DNA of 64,000 nt, from contig JBFRWN010000013.1 of assembly GCA_051439605.1 (NCBI GenBank), positions 32,001 to 96,000 of the forward strand, written 5' to 3'. The stretch is from Synechococcus sp. Lineage in GTDB: Bacteria > Cyanobacteriota > Cyanobacteriia > Thermostichales > PCC-7336. The position numbers and the translations under genes are program-made. Under the pieces are notes generated by a model. It was not told the origin of the DNA. It made no database searches and saw nothing but the letters and a program-made list of their open reading frames with translations. The stretch's first letter is position 1, and every line of letters starts with the position of its first letter. Positions 50,696 to 61,080 of this stretch are shown piece by piece.

Positions 50696-51805
50696 GTGCG
50701 TAGATTGGCGGATGTGAAAACAAGGGAATCCCTCTATTCTGCTCCATATGGTTTAGTGGCAATTCATGTGGCCAACTCTCCGATTCCGTTTTCTCAGAAT
50801 AGCCAACGGACAACCGGTTATATTTTGGTTGCCGATGACTATCCTCTGAATCGATTGGCGGCCAGAAACTTATTGGAATCGGTGGGCCATCGAGTGGTTG
50901 AGGTAGAGAATGGCCTTGAAGCACTGGAGGCGATCGCGGCAGAACCTCTAGACTTAGTGTTGATTGACGTTATGATGCCGGGTTTAGACGGGTTTGAGGT
51001 GTGCAACCGCATCAAGGCTAACGAACAAACTCGCCTGTTACCTGTCATGATGATGACCGCTCTAGACGATCGCAAGATCCGCGTTCGCGGGATTGAGGCT
51101 GGAGCAGACGATTTTCTCAGCAAACCCTACGATTGTGTCGAACTGGTTGCCCGCGTGCAGTCCTTGATTCAGCAAAAGCGCTTGAATGACGACCTCGATA
51201 ACGCAGCCCAAGTCCTAATCGCTATTGCTCAAGCGGTGGAAAGCCGCGATCCAACAACCGGGGATCACTGCAAGCGTTTATCCGAGATGGGACGTTCCTT
51301 CGGAAGCTATCTCAACCTATTGCCCCCACAGCTTAAAGCCCTTGAATTGGCTGGCTACCTGCACGACATCGGTAAAATAGGCATCCCCGACAGCATTTTG
51401 GGAAAACCGGGCAAACATACCCCAGAGGAACAGGCAATCATGCAATCCCACGTAGAGATAGGGGCGCGTATTTGCCAACCTTTGCGCACGATGAAGCATG
51501 TACTCCCGATTATTCGCAACCATCACGAGCGTTGGGATGGTTCCGGTTACCCGGATGGACTGAAAGGGGAGGATATCCCCTATTTGGCTAGGGTTTTCCA
51601 AATTATTGATATTTACGACGCACTGATCTCCGAACGCCCCTACAAACCGGTATTTACAGCAGATAGAGCCCTCTCCATTCTCGAATCCGAATCTGAAAAG
51701 GGGTGGTGGGACCCCGTCTTGGTGGATCAATTTCTACAATTTTTGCGCACCTGCGATTGCCCATCCACCCCAAGCAAACTCTTGCAGCCTCAGACTGTTC
51801 GGTAG
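50696..51805 (+). CDS. Response regulator with HD-GYP phosphodiesterase domain
   Basis: REC domain (LVADD, LIDVMMP, KP), HDIGK, HHERWDGSGYP. Start uncertain. Confidence 0.92.
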   Translation: MRRLADVKTRESLYSAPYGLVAIHVANSPIPFSQNSQRTTGYILVADDYPLNRLAARNLLESVGHRVVEVENGLEALEAIAAEPLDLVLIDVMMPGLDGFEVCNRIKANEQTRLLPVMMMTALDDRKIRVRGIEAGADDFLSKPYDCVELVARVQSLIQQKRLNDDLDNAAQVLIAIAQAVESRDPTTGDHCKRLSEMGRSFGSYLNLLPPQLKALELAGYLHDIGKIGIPDSILGKPGKHTPEEQAIMQSHVEIGARICQPLRTMKHVLPIIRNHHERWDGSGYPDGLKGEDIPYLARVFQIIDIYDALISERPYKPVFTADRALSILESESEKGWWDPVLVDQFLQFLRTCDCPSTPSKLLQPQTVR

Positions 51806-52272
51806 CTGTTGGCTTGACCCATTTCACAGACCCGTCGGAAATGGTCTGCGTCCACAGGCTGGACCGATAGCCTAACTCCTCGCTGTACTACCTTCATGCC
51901 AGATAATTCTGGCTGAGCTTTGAGGTCAACTAGGCTTACAAATTTGGGAAAGGTCTCAACGTACTCGATATCTACCATGAACCAGGTGGGATTCTCGGGA
52001 TCGGATTTTGGATCGTAATGTTTGTCCGCTGGATCCCAAGCGGTAAAGTCTGGATATCCGGTGCGACAAACCTTGGCCAATCCCGCGATACCTGGTGGTT
52101 TGGTATTGGAGTGATAAAACAGAACTGAATCCCCCACTTGCATTTGGTCGCGCATGATGTTGCGTGCCTGATAATTGCGTACCCCATCCCAATGGGTTGT
52201 GCCCTGCTCCTTCAAGTCATCAATGGAATATTCGCTAGGTTCACTTTTCATCAGCCAATAGTGCACGGCCAT
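51790..52272 (-). CDS. EVE domain protein
   Basis: YWLMKSEP, WDGVRNYQARN, FYHSN, RLSVQPV. Confidence 0.95.
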   Translation of the reverse strand: MAVHYWLMKSEPSEYSIDDLKEQGTTHWDGVRNYQARNIMRDQMQVGDSVLFYHSNTKPPGIAGLAKVCRTGYPDFTAWDPADKHYDPKSDPENPTWFMVDIEYVETFPKFVSLVDLKAQPELSGMKVVQRGVRLSVQPVDADHFRRVCEMGQANSYRTV

Positions 52273-52322
52273 TCCCTACCAGACACTCGTGACATCACCT
52301 TAGCGCGGGAGTAAGAGGCGCA

Positions 52323-53714
52323 CTAGCCAATCAAAAACGTTTCTTCGGGATATTTCAGCAAGTGCTCTGCGGGAGTCTCACGATATAAGGCAGCCATGAG
52401 CAGGAGGATGCCCACTCGCCCGCAAAACATGGTCGGAATCAAGACCCAATGAGACCAGGGAGAGAGTGCAGAGGTCCCGACTGTAGAGAGGCCCACTGTT
52501 GCGTAGGCAGATACAGCCTCAAACAGTAAATCGAGAAACTGAAAGCGATCGCCATCAATGATTGCCAGAAGGGTAGTACACAATGCCACCATGGCTGCAG
52601 ACCCCATCAGAACACCAACCGCCTTATTCACCAGGCCGTCAGGTACTGTTCGCTTAAATAAAATGACAGAGTCCTTGCCTCGTAATGCGGACCGGGTACT
52701 GGCTAGCAATGTTCCGACTGTTGTGGTCTTAATACCTCCACCCGTACCTCCGGGGCTAGCACCGATAAACATCAAAATAATGACAATAAATAATGAAGAA
52801 GACTCTAGGGCTGACTGGTTAATACCGTTAAAGCCCGCTGTACGGGTCGTCACAGACTGAAAAAATGCAGCTAACAAGCGGATATGTAGGGGCAACTGCT
52901 CGATCGTGTTGGGGTTATTCCACTCGGTCCCTAGGAAAAAGAGTGTTCCCCCAAATAGCAACAGCGTGCTAGTCACAACGACAACCTTGAGATTTAGCGA
53001 AAAGTTTTCTCGTAGTGCAAGGCTTTCTCCCAACCAAACCCTGCGCACGTATTCGTATATCTCATAGATGACGCTAAACCCTAGTCCCCCCAAAAGGATG
53101 AGGCCCGAGACTGTCAAAATTGTGAAGGGGTTGCTTTGAAACTGAACCAAGCTATCTGAATACAGGCTAAAGCCAGCATTGTTGAACGAGCTGATGCTAT
53201 GAAATACCGCTGCCCAAAAACCGGCCTTCCACCCCATTTGTGGAACCCAAGTTTGAGCCAGCAGCAGTGCTCCCAATGACTCAAACAGAACCGTCATGCC
53301 GACGATGGCAGAAACCAGCTGACGCACGTTAGACTCACCTAAAACAGCACCAACGGTCTCCTGTATGTTCATTCGGCTGCGCAAGCTGACCCTTCGACCC
53401 ACAATCAGCAGCAGAAAGCTGGTTGCGGTCATGTAGCCCAAACCACCTACTTGAATCAAGGCCAAGAGAATGACTTGACCAAAAAAGGAGAAGTGAGTTC
53501 CGGTATCGACAACCACTAACCCCGTCACACAAACAGCCGAGGTCGAAGTGAACAGCGCTACGAGCCATGAATTCCACTGGCCGGATGCGGTTGACCAAGG
53601 AAGTGACAAAAGAAAGGCTCCAACCAAAATTGTGGTGATGAAGCCTAGACAGATGGTTTGTGGTGGAGTTAACGATCTCGTTAATTGCTGCCACCAGTTT
53701 GGGGCACCCAGCAT
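52323..53714 (-). CDS. ktrB: KtrB/TrkH potassium uptake membrane protein
   Basis: Four pore motifs: TSAVCVTGL, FNNAGF, RTAGF and SAYATVGLS; also GGTGGGIKTTT. ATG at 53714. Confidence 0.9.
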   Translation of the reverse strand: MLGAPNWWQQLTRSLTPPQTICLGFITTILVGAFLLSLPWSTASGQWNSWLVALFTSTSAVCVTGLVVVDTGTHFSFFGQVILLALIQVGGLGYMTATSFLLLIVGRRVSLRSRMNIQETVGAVLGESNVRQLVSAIVGMTVLFESLGALLLAQTWVPQMGWKAGFWAAVFHSISSFNNAGFSLYSDSLVQFQSNPFTILTVSGLILLGGLGFSVIYEIYEYVRRVWLGESLALRENFSLNLKVVVVTSTLLLFGGTLFFLGTEWNNPNTIEQLPLHIRLLAAFFQSVTTRTAGFNGINQSALESSSLFIVIILMFIGASPGGTGGGIKTTTVGTLLASTRSALRGKDSVILFKRTVPDGLVNKAVGVLMGSAAMVALCTTLLAIIDGDRFQFLDLLFEAVSAYATVGLSTVGTSALSPWSHWVLIPTMFCGRVGILLLMAALYRETPAEHLLKYPEETFLIG

Positions 53715-53718
53715 TACG

Positions 53719-54132
53719 TTAAATGGTGGTTTTAACCTGCATGTTGGCCGCTTGCAGAAGCGTAGTGGCTTCTTGCTGTGCTTGTTGGGCTTGCAGGCGT
53801 TCTTGCTTGTCACTGCTGCTGGCTAAGGTTGAAATTGCTGCGTCAATACTGGACTGAGCAGCCTCTTTGTCAACATCCGCCCCCAATACCGCACCCTTCA
53901 CCAGAACAGAGACAGTATTGTTTTCGACTTCTGCCAAACCACCCATGATAGCCATGGCAGTCCAACTACCTTCCGAGCGCAATCTCATCACGCCAGTGCC
54001 TAGGGCCGTAAGCAAAGGGGCATGGCCTGTCAAAATACCCAGTTGCCCGGAAGTAGACGGCAAAATGACCTCATCGGCTGGAGCATCCCACACGGTGGAA
54101 TCTGGACCGATCACCTGAACAGACAGCGTCAC
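53719..54132 (-). CDS. atpC: ATP synthase F1 epsilon subunit
   Basis: [36 protein letters not shown]. Confidence 0.95.
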   Translation of the reverse strand: MTLSVQVIGPDSTVWDAPADEVILPSTSGQLGILTGHAPLLTALGTGVMRLRSEGSWTAMAIMGGLAEVENNTVSVLVKGAVLGADVDKEAAQSSIDAAISTLASSSDKQERLQAQQAQQEATTLLQAANMQVKTTI

Positions 54133-54271
54133 CGCACATTCCTCCCAACGGTAGGCGAATTTCTCTACTGATACAAAATTATAAGGGAATGCGGCTACTC
54201 TCCCTCTGGAATTTATGCGACCGATATCAGGTAGTTAGGGGCAAGTCTCAACATTATCGTGTCACCTTATG

Positions 54272-55483
54272 CAGGGCAAACGCATACTCATCGATGAGAG
54301 GATCGAGGCTCGTCATTTGGGCAGCCAAAAATGTCCCAGTCTGCAGAGCCATCATCGTCACTATTAGAGCATTTCAGGAATCTAGAAGACCCACGAGCAG
54401 ATTATCTGGTCGACCACCAACTCCTCGACATCATCGGCCTAACGATTTGTGCAGTCGTCTGTGGAGCCGACACCTGGGTCGATATCGAGAACTACGGTCG
54501 GGCTAAGCAAGAGTGGCTGAAAGGATTTTTGGAGCTGGCTAACGGGATTCCCTCCCACGACACCATCGGGCGTTTGTTTGCAGCCATTGACCCGGAAGCC
54601 TTACAGGTGTGCTTCTTGAGTTGGGTCAAGTCCATTGCCCAAGTGAGCCAGGGAGAGGTCATCGCCATTGATGGTAAAACCGTGAGGCATTCCTACGATA
54701 AAGAGGTTGGCAAAGGAGCCATCCACATGGTCAGTGCCTGGGCAACTCAGAATCGTTTGGTTCTGGGGCAAGTGAAAGTGGACGAGAAATCGAATGAAAT
54801 CACCGCCATTCCCCAGCTTTTGAAGGTCTTGGCCCTCAACGGTTGTATCGTCACCATCGATGCCATGGGAGCCCAAAAGGAGATTGCACGGCAGATTGTC
54901 GAGGAGGACGGCGACTACATCCTCAGCCTCAAAGGGAATCAGAGCAACATTCACGAGGATGTCCGGCAACTATTTGACTGGACACGCAAAATTGGGTTTC
55001 GAGATATTTCTCACGAGTTTCACCAAACCGTCAATGGAGGACATGGCCGCATTGAAATTCGTCGCCACTGGCTTCTGGATGGGGTTGAGCATCTGGAAGA
55101 CTCTCAGCTCTGGGTGGGGCTCAAGCGAGTGGGGTTAGTAGAAGCAGAACGACGCTTGCCAGGGCAGGAGCCTACTGTCGAGCGACGCTACTATCTGCTC
55201 AGTCTTGATGGGGGGGTCGAACGCTTTGCTCAAGGCGTTCGCAGCCATTGGGGCATTGAAAACCAACTCCATTGTGTTTTGGATGTGGCTTTCAACTAAG
55301 ATGCTTCTCGAGTTCGCAAGGACCATGCACCTGAAAACCTAGCTCTAATGAGACATGTGGCTCTCAACCTCTTACGCCAGGACTCTTCGGCTAAAGGCGG
55401 TATCAAAGCCAAGCGCCTCAAAGCTGGATGGGACAATGATTATCTCTTGCACGTTCTCTCTTCTTGAGTATGCGTTTGCCCTG
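54272..55483 (+). mobile_element. ISAs1-family insertion sequence
   Basis: Perfect 19-bp IRs CAGGGCAAACGCATACTCA (54272-54290 and 55465-55483). The 10-bp TSD TCACCTTATG is at 54262-54271 and 55484-55493. Confidence 0.95.
54331..55467 (+). pseudogene. ISAs1 transposase with premature TAA at 55297-55299
   Basis: DPR, GIPSHDT, IAIDGKT, SNEITAIP, TIDAMG, HWGIEN.LH. The frame continues after the stop as DASRVRKDHAPENLA...AGWDNDYL to TGA at 55467. Confidence 0.9.
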
Positions 55484-55614
55484 TCACCTTATGCTGTGCA
55501 GAGGACGATCGGGAGGGAATCGTGCTATGGCTTTACCACGCAACATGGGGAGACACTACCGATCTAAAAGCCCGGAGAGTAAGATGAGCAAGCATTTCTA
55601 GATGACTGCTTGGC

Positions 55615-56364
55615 ATGGCCGAACTTTCTGATGCCCGTCGGCACCAACTTGTGACCTTTCTGCAAAATTTGAGCGGGGATATTCCAACCGGCAGGGTTGA
55701 TTTTCATTTGCTCGATCTAGCGCTGATCCATCCCTCGCTCAATTCTAAGCAGAATAACGATCGCCTTGAGTTTCTGGGGGACGCCGTTTTGCGGTTGTTG
55801 GTAGGAGAGTTCTTGTACGCCACTTATCCTCGGTTGACTGTTGGACAACTGGCGCTGTTGCGTTCCGATTTATTGAGCAATAGTTTTTTTGCCCAATTAG
55901 CGGGACGTTTTGATTTTGAGTCAGTACTGCAGTTAGGGGGAAGTGCATTTAAAGACGAGAAGGGGAAAGACAAGCGTCATGCCGATGCATTCGAGGCAGT
56001 TGTGGGGGCGCTGTATTTAGGATTTCAGGCATCTGAGTCAACGGCTGGGCTGCAGCAACCCTCTGGTGCGATGTTGCGATCGTGGCTGCAGCCGCTGTTG
56101 AAATTGCGAGCAGACACTCTACTGAATAACCTGCAACGGCACAATGCCAAAACGGCCCTGCAAGAGCTCACCCAGCGTCAGTGGGGGAAATTGCCCAACT
56201 ATCGAGTTCAACAGCAGGATACCGCTGGTGCGGAACAATTTAATGCGGAAGTTTGGCTGGAGTCGCAATGCTTGGGTAAGGGGAAAGGACATTCAAAAAA
56301 AGCGGCTGAAACGGAAGCAGCTATCGCTGCACTCAAAACCTTGCAATCATCCAATCCAACCTAA
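55615..56364 (+). CDS. rnc: Ribonuclease III
   Basis: NNDRLEFLGDAVL signature, ADAFEAVVGALYL, dsRBD AKTALQE...GKG.SKK.AE..AA. Confidence 0.93.
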   Translation: MAELSDARRHQLVTFLQNLSGDIPTGRVDFHLLDLALIHPSLNSKQNNDRLEFLGDAVLRLLVGEFLYATYPRLTVGQLALLRSDLLSNSFFAQLAGRFDFESVLQLGGSAFKDEKGKDKRHADAFEAVVGALYLGFQASESTAGLQQPSGAMLRSWLQPLLKLRADTLLNNLQRHNAKTALQELTQRQWGKLPNYRVQQQDTAGAEQFNAEVWLESQCLGKGKGHSKKAAETEAAIAALKTLQSSNPT

Positions 56365-56454
56365 TTGTCGCTATTTCAATAAACACCTAAATTTGCTCCT
56401 AAACTTAGAATTTTGCGGAGATTTTCTTACTTGTAAACTGCACTTTTCAAAGCC

Positions 56455-56550
56455 CAGGGCAAATGCATACTCAAAATGAGAGGATCGAGGCTCGTAAATC
56501 AAGAACCAGACATGTCCCTGTCTGTTGAGCCATCATTGCCATTGTTAGAA
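56455..56550 (+). mobile_element. Truncated ISAs1 left end (remnant)
   Basis: CAGGGCAAATGCATACTCA..ATGAGAGGATCGAGGCTCGT is nearly identical to the left end at 54272. It is followed by MSLSVEPSLPLLE, compared with MSQSAEPSSSLLE in the full copy. Confidence 0.8.
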
Positions 56551-56697
56551 CAGGGTAAACGCAAGAAAATTTGAAACATTTTGTGGTGTTGAGAGACGAT
56601 CGTAAACGTTTCAAGCATGAAATTCACGACCTTATTGCATCTATTCTTAGCACTAATTGAGAATGTAGTAGTCTTATTGATTCTTGCGCTGCCCCTG
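56551..56697. mobile_element. Putative 147-bp MITE with ISAs1-like ends
   Basis: The left end CAGGGTAAACGCAAGAA and the right-end reverse complement CAGGGGCAGCGCAAGAA match at 14/17. The interior is AT-rich and non-coding. No clear TSD. Confidence 0.5.
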
Positions 56698-56984
56698 CGA
56701 AGAACCAATCGAGGTATTAGAGCATCCCTATCAACGTCTCGATCAGTGCGGGCCAGCTTTCCGACTGTGCGTTGACATCAGAGGTCATATCGGCGGAATA
56801 GAAGGACGCTTAGGCTCCTACGCTGGCGGGGTATCTCGCCGAGGTCGCGGGATCGTGCTGCCAAAAGGCTATAGCCACAATCGCAGCTCAGTCGTTAATA
56901 TACATCCTCTTGCATTCTTTGGACTGTTCAATACTTAGTTCTACAGGGGTAGAGTAAATATTAGGCTTATAGATTGGTTCTTTC

Positions 56985-57626
56985 ATGACGGATGGGCGAT
57001 TGCTTTCAGAACAAACTCTACCGAGCGATCTGGACTTGAGCTCTGCAAAATCTCTCCAACTTCGGAAAAAAGAGTTGTCTGGCTTATCTCTCAGAGGGAT
57101 GCACCTGAATGGTGCAGAGCTGTTTGATGCGGACATGAGTCACTCCGATTTGTCAGAATCTTCACTGCGAGGGGCCCTTCTTAATGGCAGTAAACTCATA
57201 GAAACCAGTTTTTACAATGCTGATTTGAGAGAAGCCAAGTTACGAGCGGTTAATCTGACTAGAGGGAATTTAGAACTCTGTTCTTTGATCGCAGCAGATT
57301 TGACGGTTGCTGACTTAACCTCTGCAAATTTAAACTTCGCTTACCTGATTGGAGCACGCCTGAGAGCGGCAAACTTGACTGATGCTTCCCTCAGCAACGC
57401 AAATTTGCACGGGGCAAATTTGTGGGGAGCGAATCTGAGTGGAGCAATTTTACATCAAGCCCATTTAATTGCTACTGATTTGAGCGACACCAATCTTAAA
57501 GAGGCTAACTTAAGCGGAGCTGTTTTTGCCAGCAATACTCAATTCCCTGAAGGCTTTGACCCTGTGGAGGCGGGAATGGTTGAATACAACAACACGGAAT
57601 CTACAAATAACTATCCACTCCAGTAA
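56985..57626 (+). CDS. Pentapeptide repeat protein
   Basis: Tandem A(D/N)Lxx repeats and a C-terminal T.FPEGFDP..AGM. Confidence 0.92.
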   Translation: MTDGRLLSEQTLPSDLDLSSAKSLQLRKKELSGLSLRGMHLNGAELFDADMSHSDLSESSLRGALLNGSKLIETSFYNADLREAKLRAVNLTRGNLELCSLIAADLTVADLTSANLNFAYLIGARLRAANLTDASLSNANLHGANLWGANLSGAILHQAHLIATDLSDTNLKEANLSGAVFASNTQFPEGFDPVEAGMVEYNNTESTNNYPLQ

Positions 57627-57803
57627 AACCTATCGTTGCTGTTCTCACTCAAAGGGTGACTCCATTTGCAGCGGACTTTCCTCAACGGGCAACATACGTT
57701 CGGCGTTCGAAGAAGGGTCTTTTGCTGAAGATATGTTTGGACTATTGGCGGCTTGTAGCGATCGCCCCAAATAATTGTTCGTAGCCCACAAGATGCGATC
57801 GCC

Positions 57804-58778
57804 ATGGATAAAGCTCGCCTGCAGGCCTATGCGAAACTCATTCGGGAATTACTCTACTGCCCCAGCGGGGAAGAGTGGATTCGATTGAGGCAGCAGGAGC
57901 ATCTACTCGATCTCACCTTCGTTCATGTAATGGAACAAGTGGCGAAACAGTTGGTGGTCAAGGGGCACCGACCAGAAGCCAGATTCTTGCATAACTTGGC
58001 GGGTCAGCTCTATCACACCCTCAATCAAGCGGCTGTTCAAAGCGAGCCAGAGACTTCTCCCAAAGTTCAATCCCATCTTGCCGTTATCGAGCAAATGTTC
58101 GCTGCCCCCGATCGCGCCCAAGAAATTTTGGCTTCCCATTCAGAGTTGGTTGGGCCGGAGTTGGTCCAGATCGTGAAACAAATGGCTAAGAAGTCACTTG
58201 CAGAGGGAGATACCGAAACTGCAAAGCTTATGGAGAAACTCGCCGATGAAGCGATCGGGACATGGTTACGCCACCACGCCATTCATCCCAACTTGTGGGT
58301 CCAAGGCGATCGCCAAGACCCCCCTGAGGCATCCAAACTCTCATCGGATCGTCCAGACGATAGCCTCCCGCCACAGGTCCAAAAACAGTCCGCTACCGAG
58401 CCCAGTTCTATAGCGGAGCCCAGTTCCTCTGCTGAGCCCAGCTCTAAAAGCGACCTTCTTTCCACAAGCAACCTTCATTTAGCAGCAGCAGGAGAACCGC
58501 TAGTTCAATGTCTCGAACGCATTGCCACGGCGTTGGAACAGTTGCAGCTCCATCGCGGCGATCGCCCCCCCAATCCGGTTTGGTACATGGAGGTGTTGGA
58601 GCGGGCTAGCCAATCCGATTGGGTTTTAAGTACCGAAGAGGTAGAGGGGTTGATTGGCGTCAAACCCCGCTGCTCTGGGAACCAAACCACGTTTGAGCGC
58701 GGAGGATGGCTATTTAATAAAGTTGGAAAGATCGGTTCCCAAACCAGTTGGCGGGTTAGTAAACTCCCGTCACCCTAA
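57804..58778 (+). CDS. Conserved-type cyanobacterial hypothetical protein
   Basis: Duplicated helical module (LL.CPSGEE..IL..H..L.D..V..M.Q.A), a low-complexity linker, and a C-terminal W.LST.EV..LIGVKP...F.RGGW.F.K.GKIG.Q..W.V. Confidence 0.75.
   Translation: MDKARLQAYAKLIRELLYCPSGEEWIRLRQQEHLLDLTFVHVMEQVAKQLVVKGHRPEARFLHNLAGQLYHTLNQAAVQSEPETSPKVQSHLAVIEQMFAAPDRAQEILASHSELVGPELVQIVKQMAKKSLAEGDTETAKLMEKLADEAIGTWLRHHAIHPNLWVQGDRQDPPEASKLSSDRPDDSLPPQVQKQSATEPSSIAEPSSSAEPSSKSDLLSTSNLHLAAAGEPLVQCLERIATALEQLQLHRGDRPPNPVWYMEVLERASQSDWVLSTEEVEGLIGVKPRCSGNQTTFERGGWLFNKVGKIGSQTSWRVSKLPSP
58398..58445 (+). repeat. 18-bp period tandem repeat (EPSS x3) in a linker
   Basis: GAGCCCAG(T/C)TC at 58398, 58416 and 58434. 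Confidence 0.8.
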
Positions 58779-59392
58779 CCGGCTCCCTTTTCTCATCTAC
58801 CGCTTTCACCCTCTCAATTAATACAGCAAGACCTTTGACGCTAGACCCACCAAGGACGCTGCCCAGTACGCGGGTCCGTTTCTGTCCAAGGACTCATCCA
58901 CACTCTGTCGCCCTCTACTTTGACGCGGACCAGCTTGAGAGGAAGACCCGCTGGCACCGTGCCGTCTGGCGCGTAGCGAGAACCGTTGAAATCGCGACGA
59001 GTGCACGAGTGTCAGGTTGCTCAACCAAAATTTGCGAGGCGGGAATCGGATTGCCCAATTTGTCCTTGGTTTGCACAGTCCTCATGGATGAAGCAGACAG
59101 GGGAACGTTTGTGGAACATTCACGATCGCCTGCCACCTTAAAAACTCGGCGCAACTTTCAGGAGATCGAGTGAGTGAGAGGTATGTAATAACAGAAAGAG
59201 GCTTTCAATCGTTGCTCGAAAACCTGACCTGCTCGCAATGTCGAACTGTTTTGTTAAGTTGGCTGCATATCCGGACTGGCAATCGGCATTCCTCGTAGAC
59301 GCTTGGCAGGATCGGGCCAACTTGTCAGAATTGAAACTCCAGGTCTCAGATGTCGCCAACAGTTGTTCTGAGTATTGACTGCCATATCTGTT

Positions 59393-60172
59393 ATGCAACT
59401 GAATGCTGGATGTCACATTTCTTTTGAAGCAAGCGAGCTGACCCCACTCATCTTAATGCTCAGACCCCGTAGCGGTTTCGGACAGTGGGTCATGAAGGAA
59501 GACTATTTATTAGCCCCCCAGGTTCCAGTTGTCGAATATACCGATAGCTTTGGCAATTTGTGTCAGCGATTGATGGTACCAGAAGGATCCCTTGAAGTTA
59601 GCACCACAGTTCAAGTGGATACGGCAGATAAAGTTGACATTGAACCCGGAGCACCTTTCGTCCCGATTCAAAACTTACCGGAATTCGCGATGCAATTTTT
59701 GTTGCCGAGTCGCTACTGTCAATCGGATTGCTTGGGAGAGTTGGCTAGCGAGATCGTGGCAGATACTGCCCCGGGATACGATCGAGTCACGGAGATTTGC
59801 CGGTGGATTCAGGAAAATATCAACTTTGCCTACGGAACGAGCGATGCCTCTACGTCCGCTGTAGAAACACTCGACAGACAGGACGGTGTTTGTCGGGACT
59901 TTGCCCATTTAGGAATTGCTCTCTGTCGCAGTTTAAATATCCCCGCACGCATGGTGGTGGGATATCTATACCAGTTAGAACCCATGGATTTACATGCTTG
60001 GTTTGAGGCCTTTGTTGGCGATCGCTGGTACATTTTTGATGCAACTCAAAAGGAAGTGCGCGGCAATCGAATTGCAATTGCATATGGCCGCGATGCGGCT
60101 GATGTAGCATTGGCAACCCAATTTGGCTCGTTGAACTTAACTGAAATGAGAGTTTGGGTCAATGCAGCTTAA
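59393..60172 (+). CDS. Transglutaminase-like protein
   Basis: EY.D.FGN.CQR, FLLPSRYC.SD, GVCRDFAHL, DLHAWFE, FDAT (Cys-His-Asp triad). Confidence 0.92.
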   Translation: MQLNAGCHISFEASELTPLILMLRPRSGFGQWVMKEDYLLAPQVPVVEYTDSFGNLCQRLMVPEGSLEVSTTVQVDTADKVDIEPGAPFVPIQNLPEFAMQFLLPSRYCQSDCLGELASEIVADTAPGYDRVTEICRWIQENINFAYGTSDASTSAVETLDRQDGVCRDFAHLGIALCRSLNIPARMVVGYLYQLEPMDLHAWFEAFVGDRWYIFDATQKEVRGNRIAIAYGRDAADVALATQFGSLNLTEMRVWVNAA

Positions 60173-60647
60173 CAGAGTCTTCACAAGCACATCCACGCCC
60201 AGCAAATTTCTGATGCGACATTGGATTGAGAGCGATCGGAGAAGGCGACTGTAAGAAGCCGCATCCAAGGTAGAATTCCCTCCAAGCCCTTCTAACAAGA
60301 ACGAACAGACGATAGACTCCACTGTTTTATAACGAATCAATGGCCACTTCGGTATGAGTATGCTTGTCAGAAGCTTGAGGGGGGTGAAAAAGAACTAAGT
60401 ATATTTTCCTGGTATTTTCCTAGGGATTAATTGAACTCTTTGCTGGCAAGGATTTTAAGGCTGAACCTGAGCCTATTAAGTTCCAATACTTGATATCTCT
60501 TTATATTATGCCCTGTTTTATAACGTATCCTGATGTGTATTGACTCTCCTATGACGTCTTAATCTTTTTGTTGGTAAAACTATCGTAATATTAGCGATCG
60601 TTACGTATGATTCCAGTTAAGTTGGTTGGTGAAAGCACACGCTTGAG

Positions 60648-60920
60648 GTGTTCGTGATGAGTACATATCAATCTTTCTATGAACAACCTGTTTCTAAGGC
60701 GCCTAAAACGATACATTCTATTGTCGAATCATCTCTACAGACTCACACTCTAACCCTTCAACAGGAGACAGACCTCAAAACTCTCCTCCAGCACTGCGAA
60801 CCCCTGACAGTTGACACCTTAGAACCGGTCATCACCTTACTAACAGCCATCACCGATAATCAAGTCATCCCCACCCCCTCCAGAATTTGTAGGCTCATTC
60901 CCGATACAAAAGTTCATTAG
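60648..60920 (+). CDS. Hypothetical protein
   Basis: 90-aa ORF with an upstream GAGG. No motif. Confidence 0.45.
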   Translation: MFVMSTYQSFYEQPVSKAPKTIHSIVESSLQTHTLTLQQETDLKTLLQHCEPLTVDTLEPVITLLTAITDNQVIPTPSRICRLIPDTKVH

Positions 60921-61080
60921 TGGCATCCAATGGGTCAAACGTTACGTTCAACTTTCCTGTCTATTGAGAGATCGAGAAATCATTATCTGAATCGCCTGAC
61001 ATAACAACTCGTTGTGGGCTACTGGCTTGCTAGAGTTTGCTCATAGTTTCTAGACGCGGAGGTGTTAGGAGAATTTAACC

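Noticed and set aside
56698..56940. ORF-like sequence after the putative MITE
   Set aside because: It could be a gene remnant, but no recognisable motif was found in the frames I read.
58818..59416. Several short ORFs between the hypothetical and transglutaminase genes
   Set aside because: They overlap one another and have no motifs or clear RBS, so I cannot support any of them.
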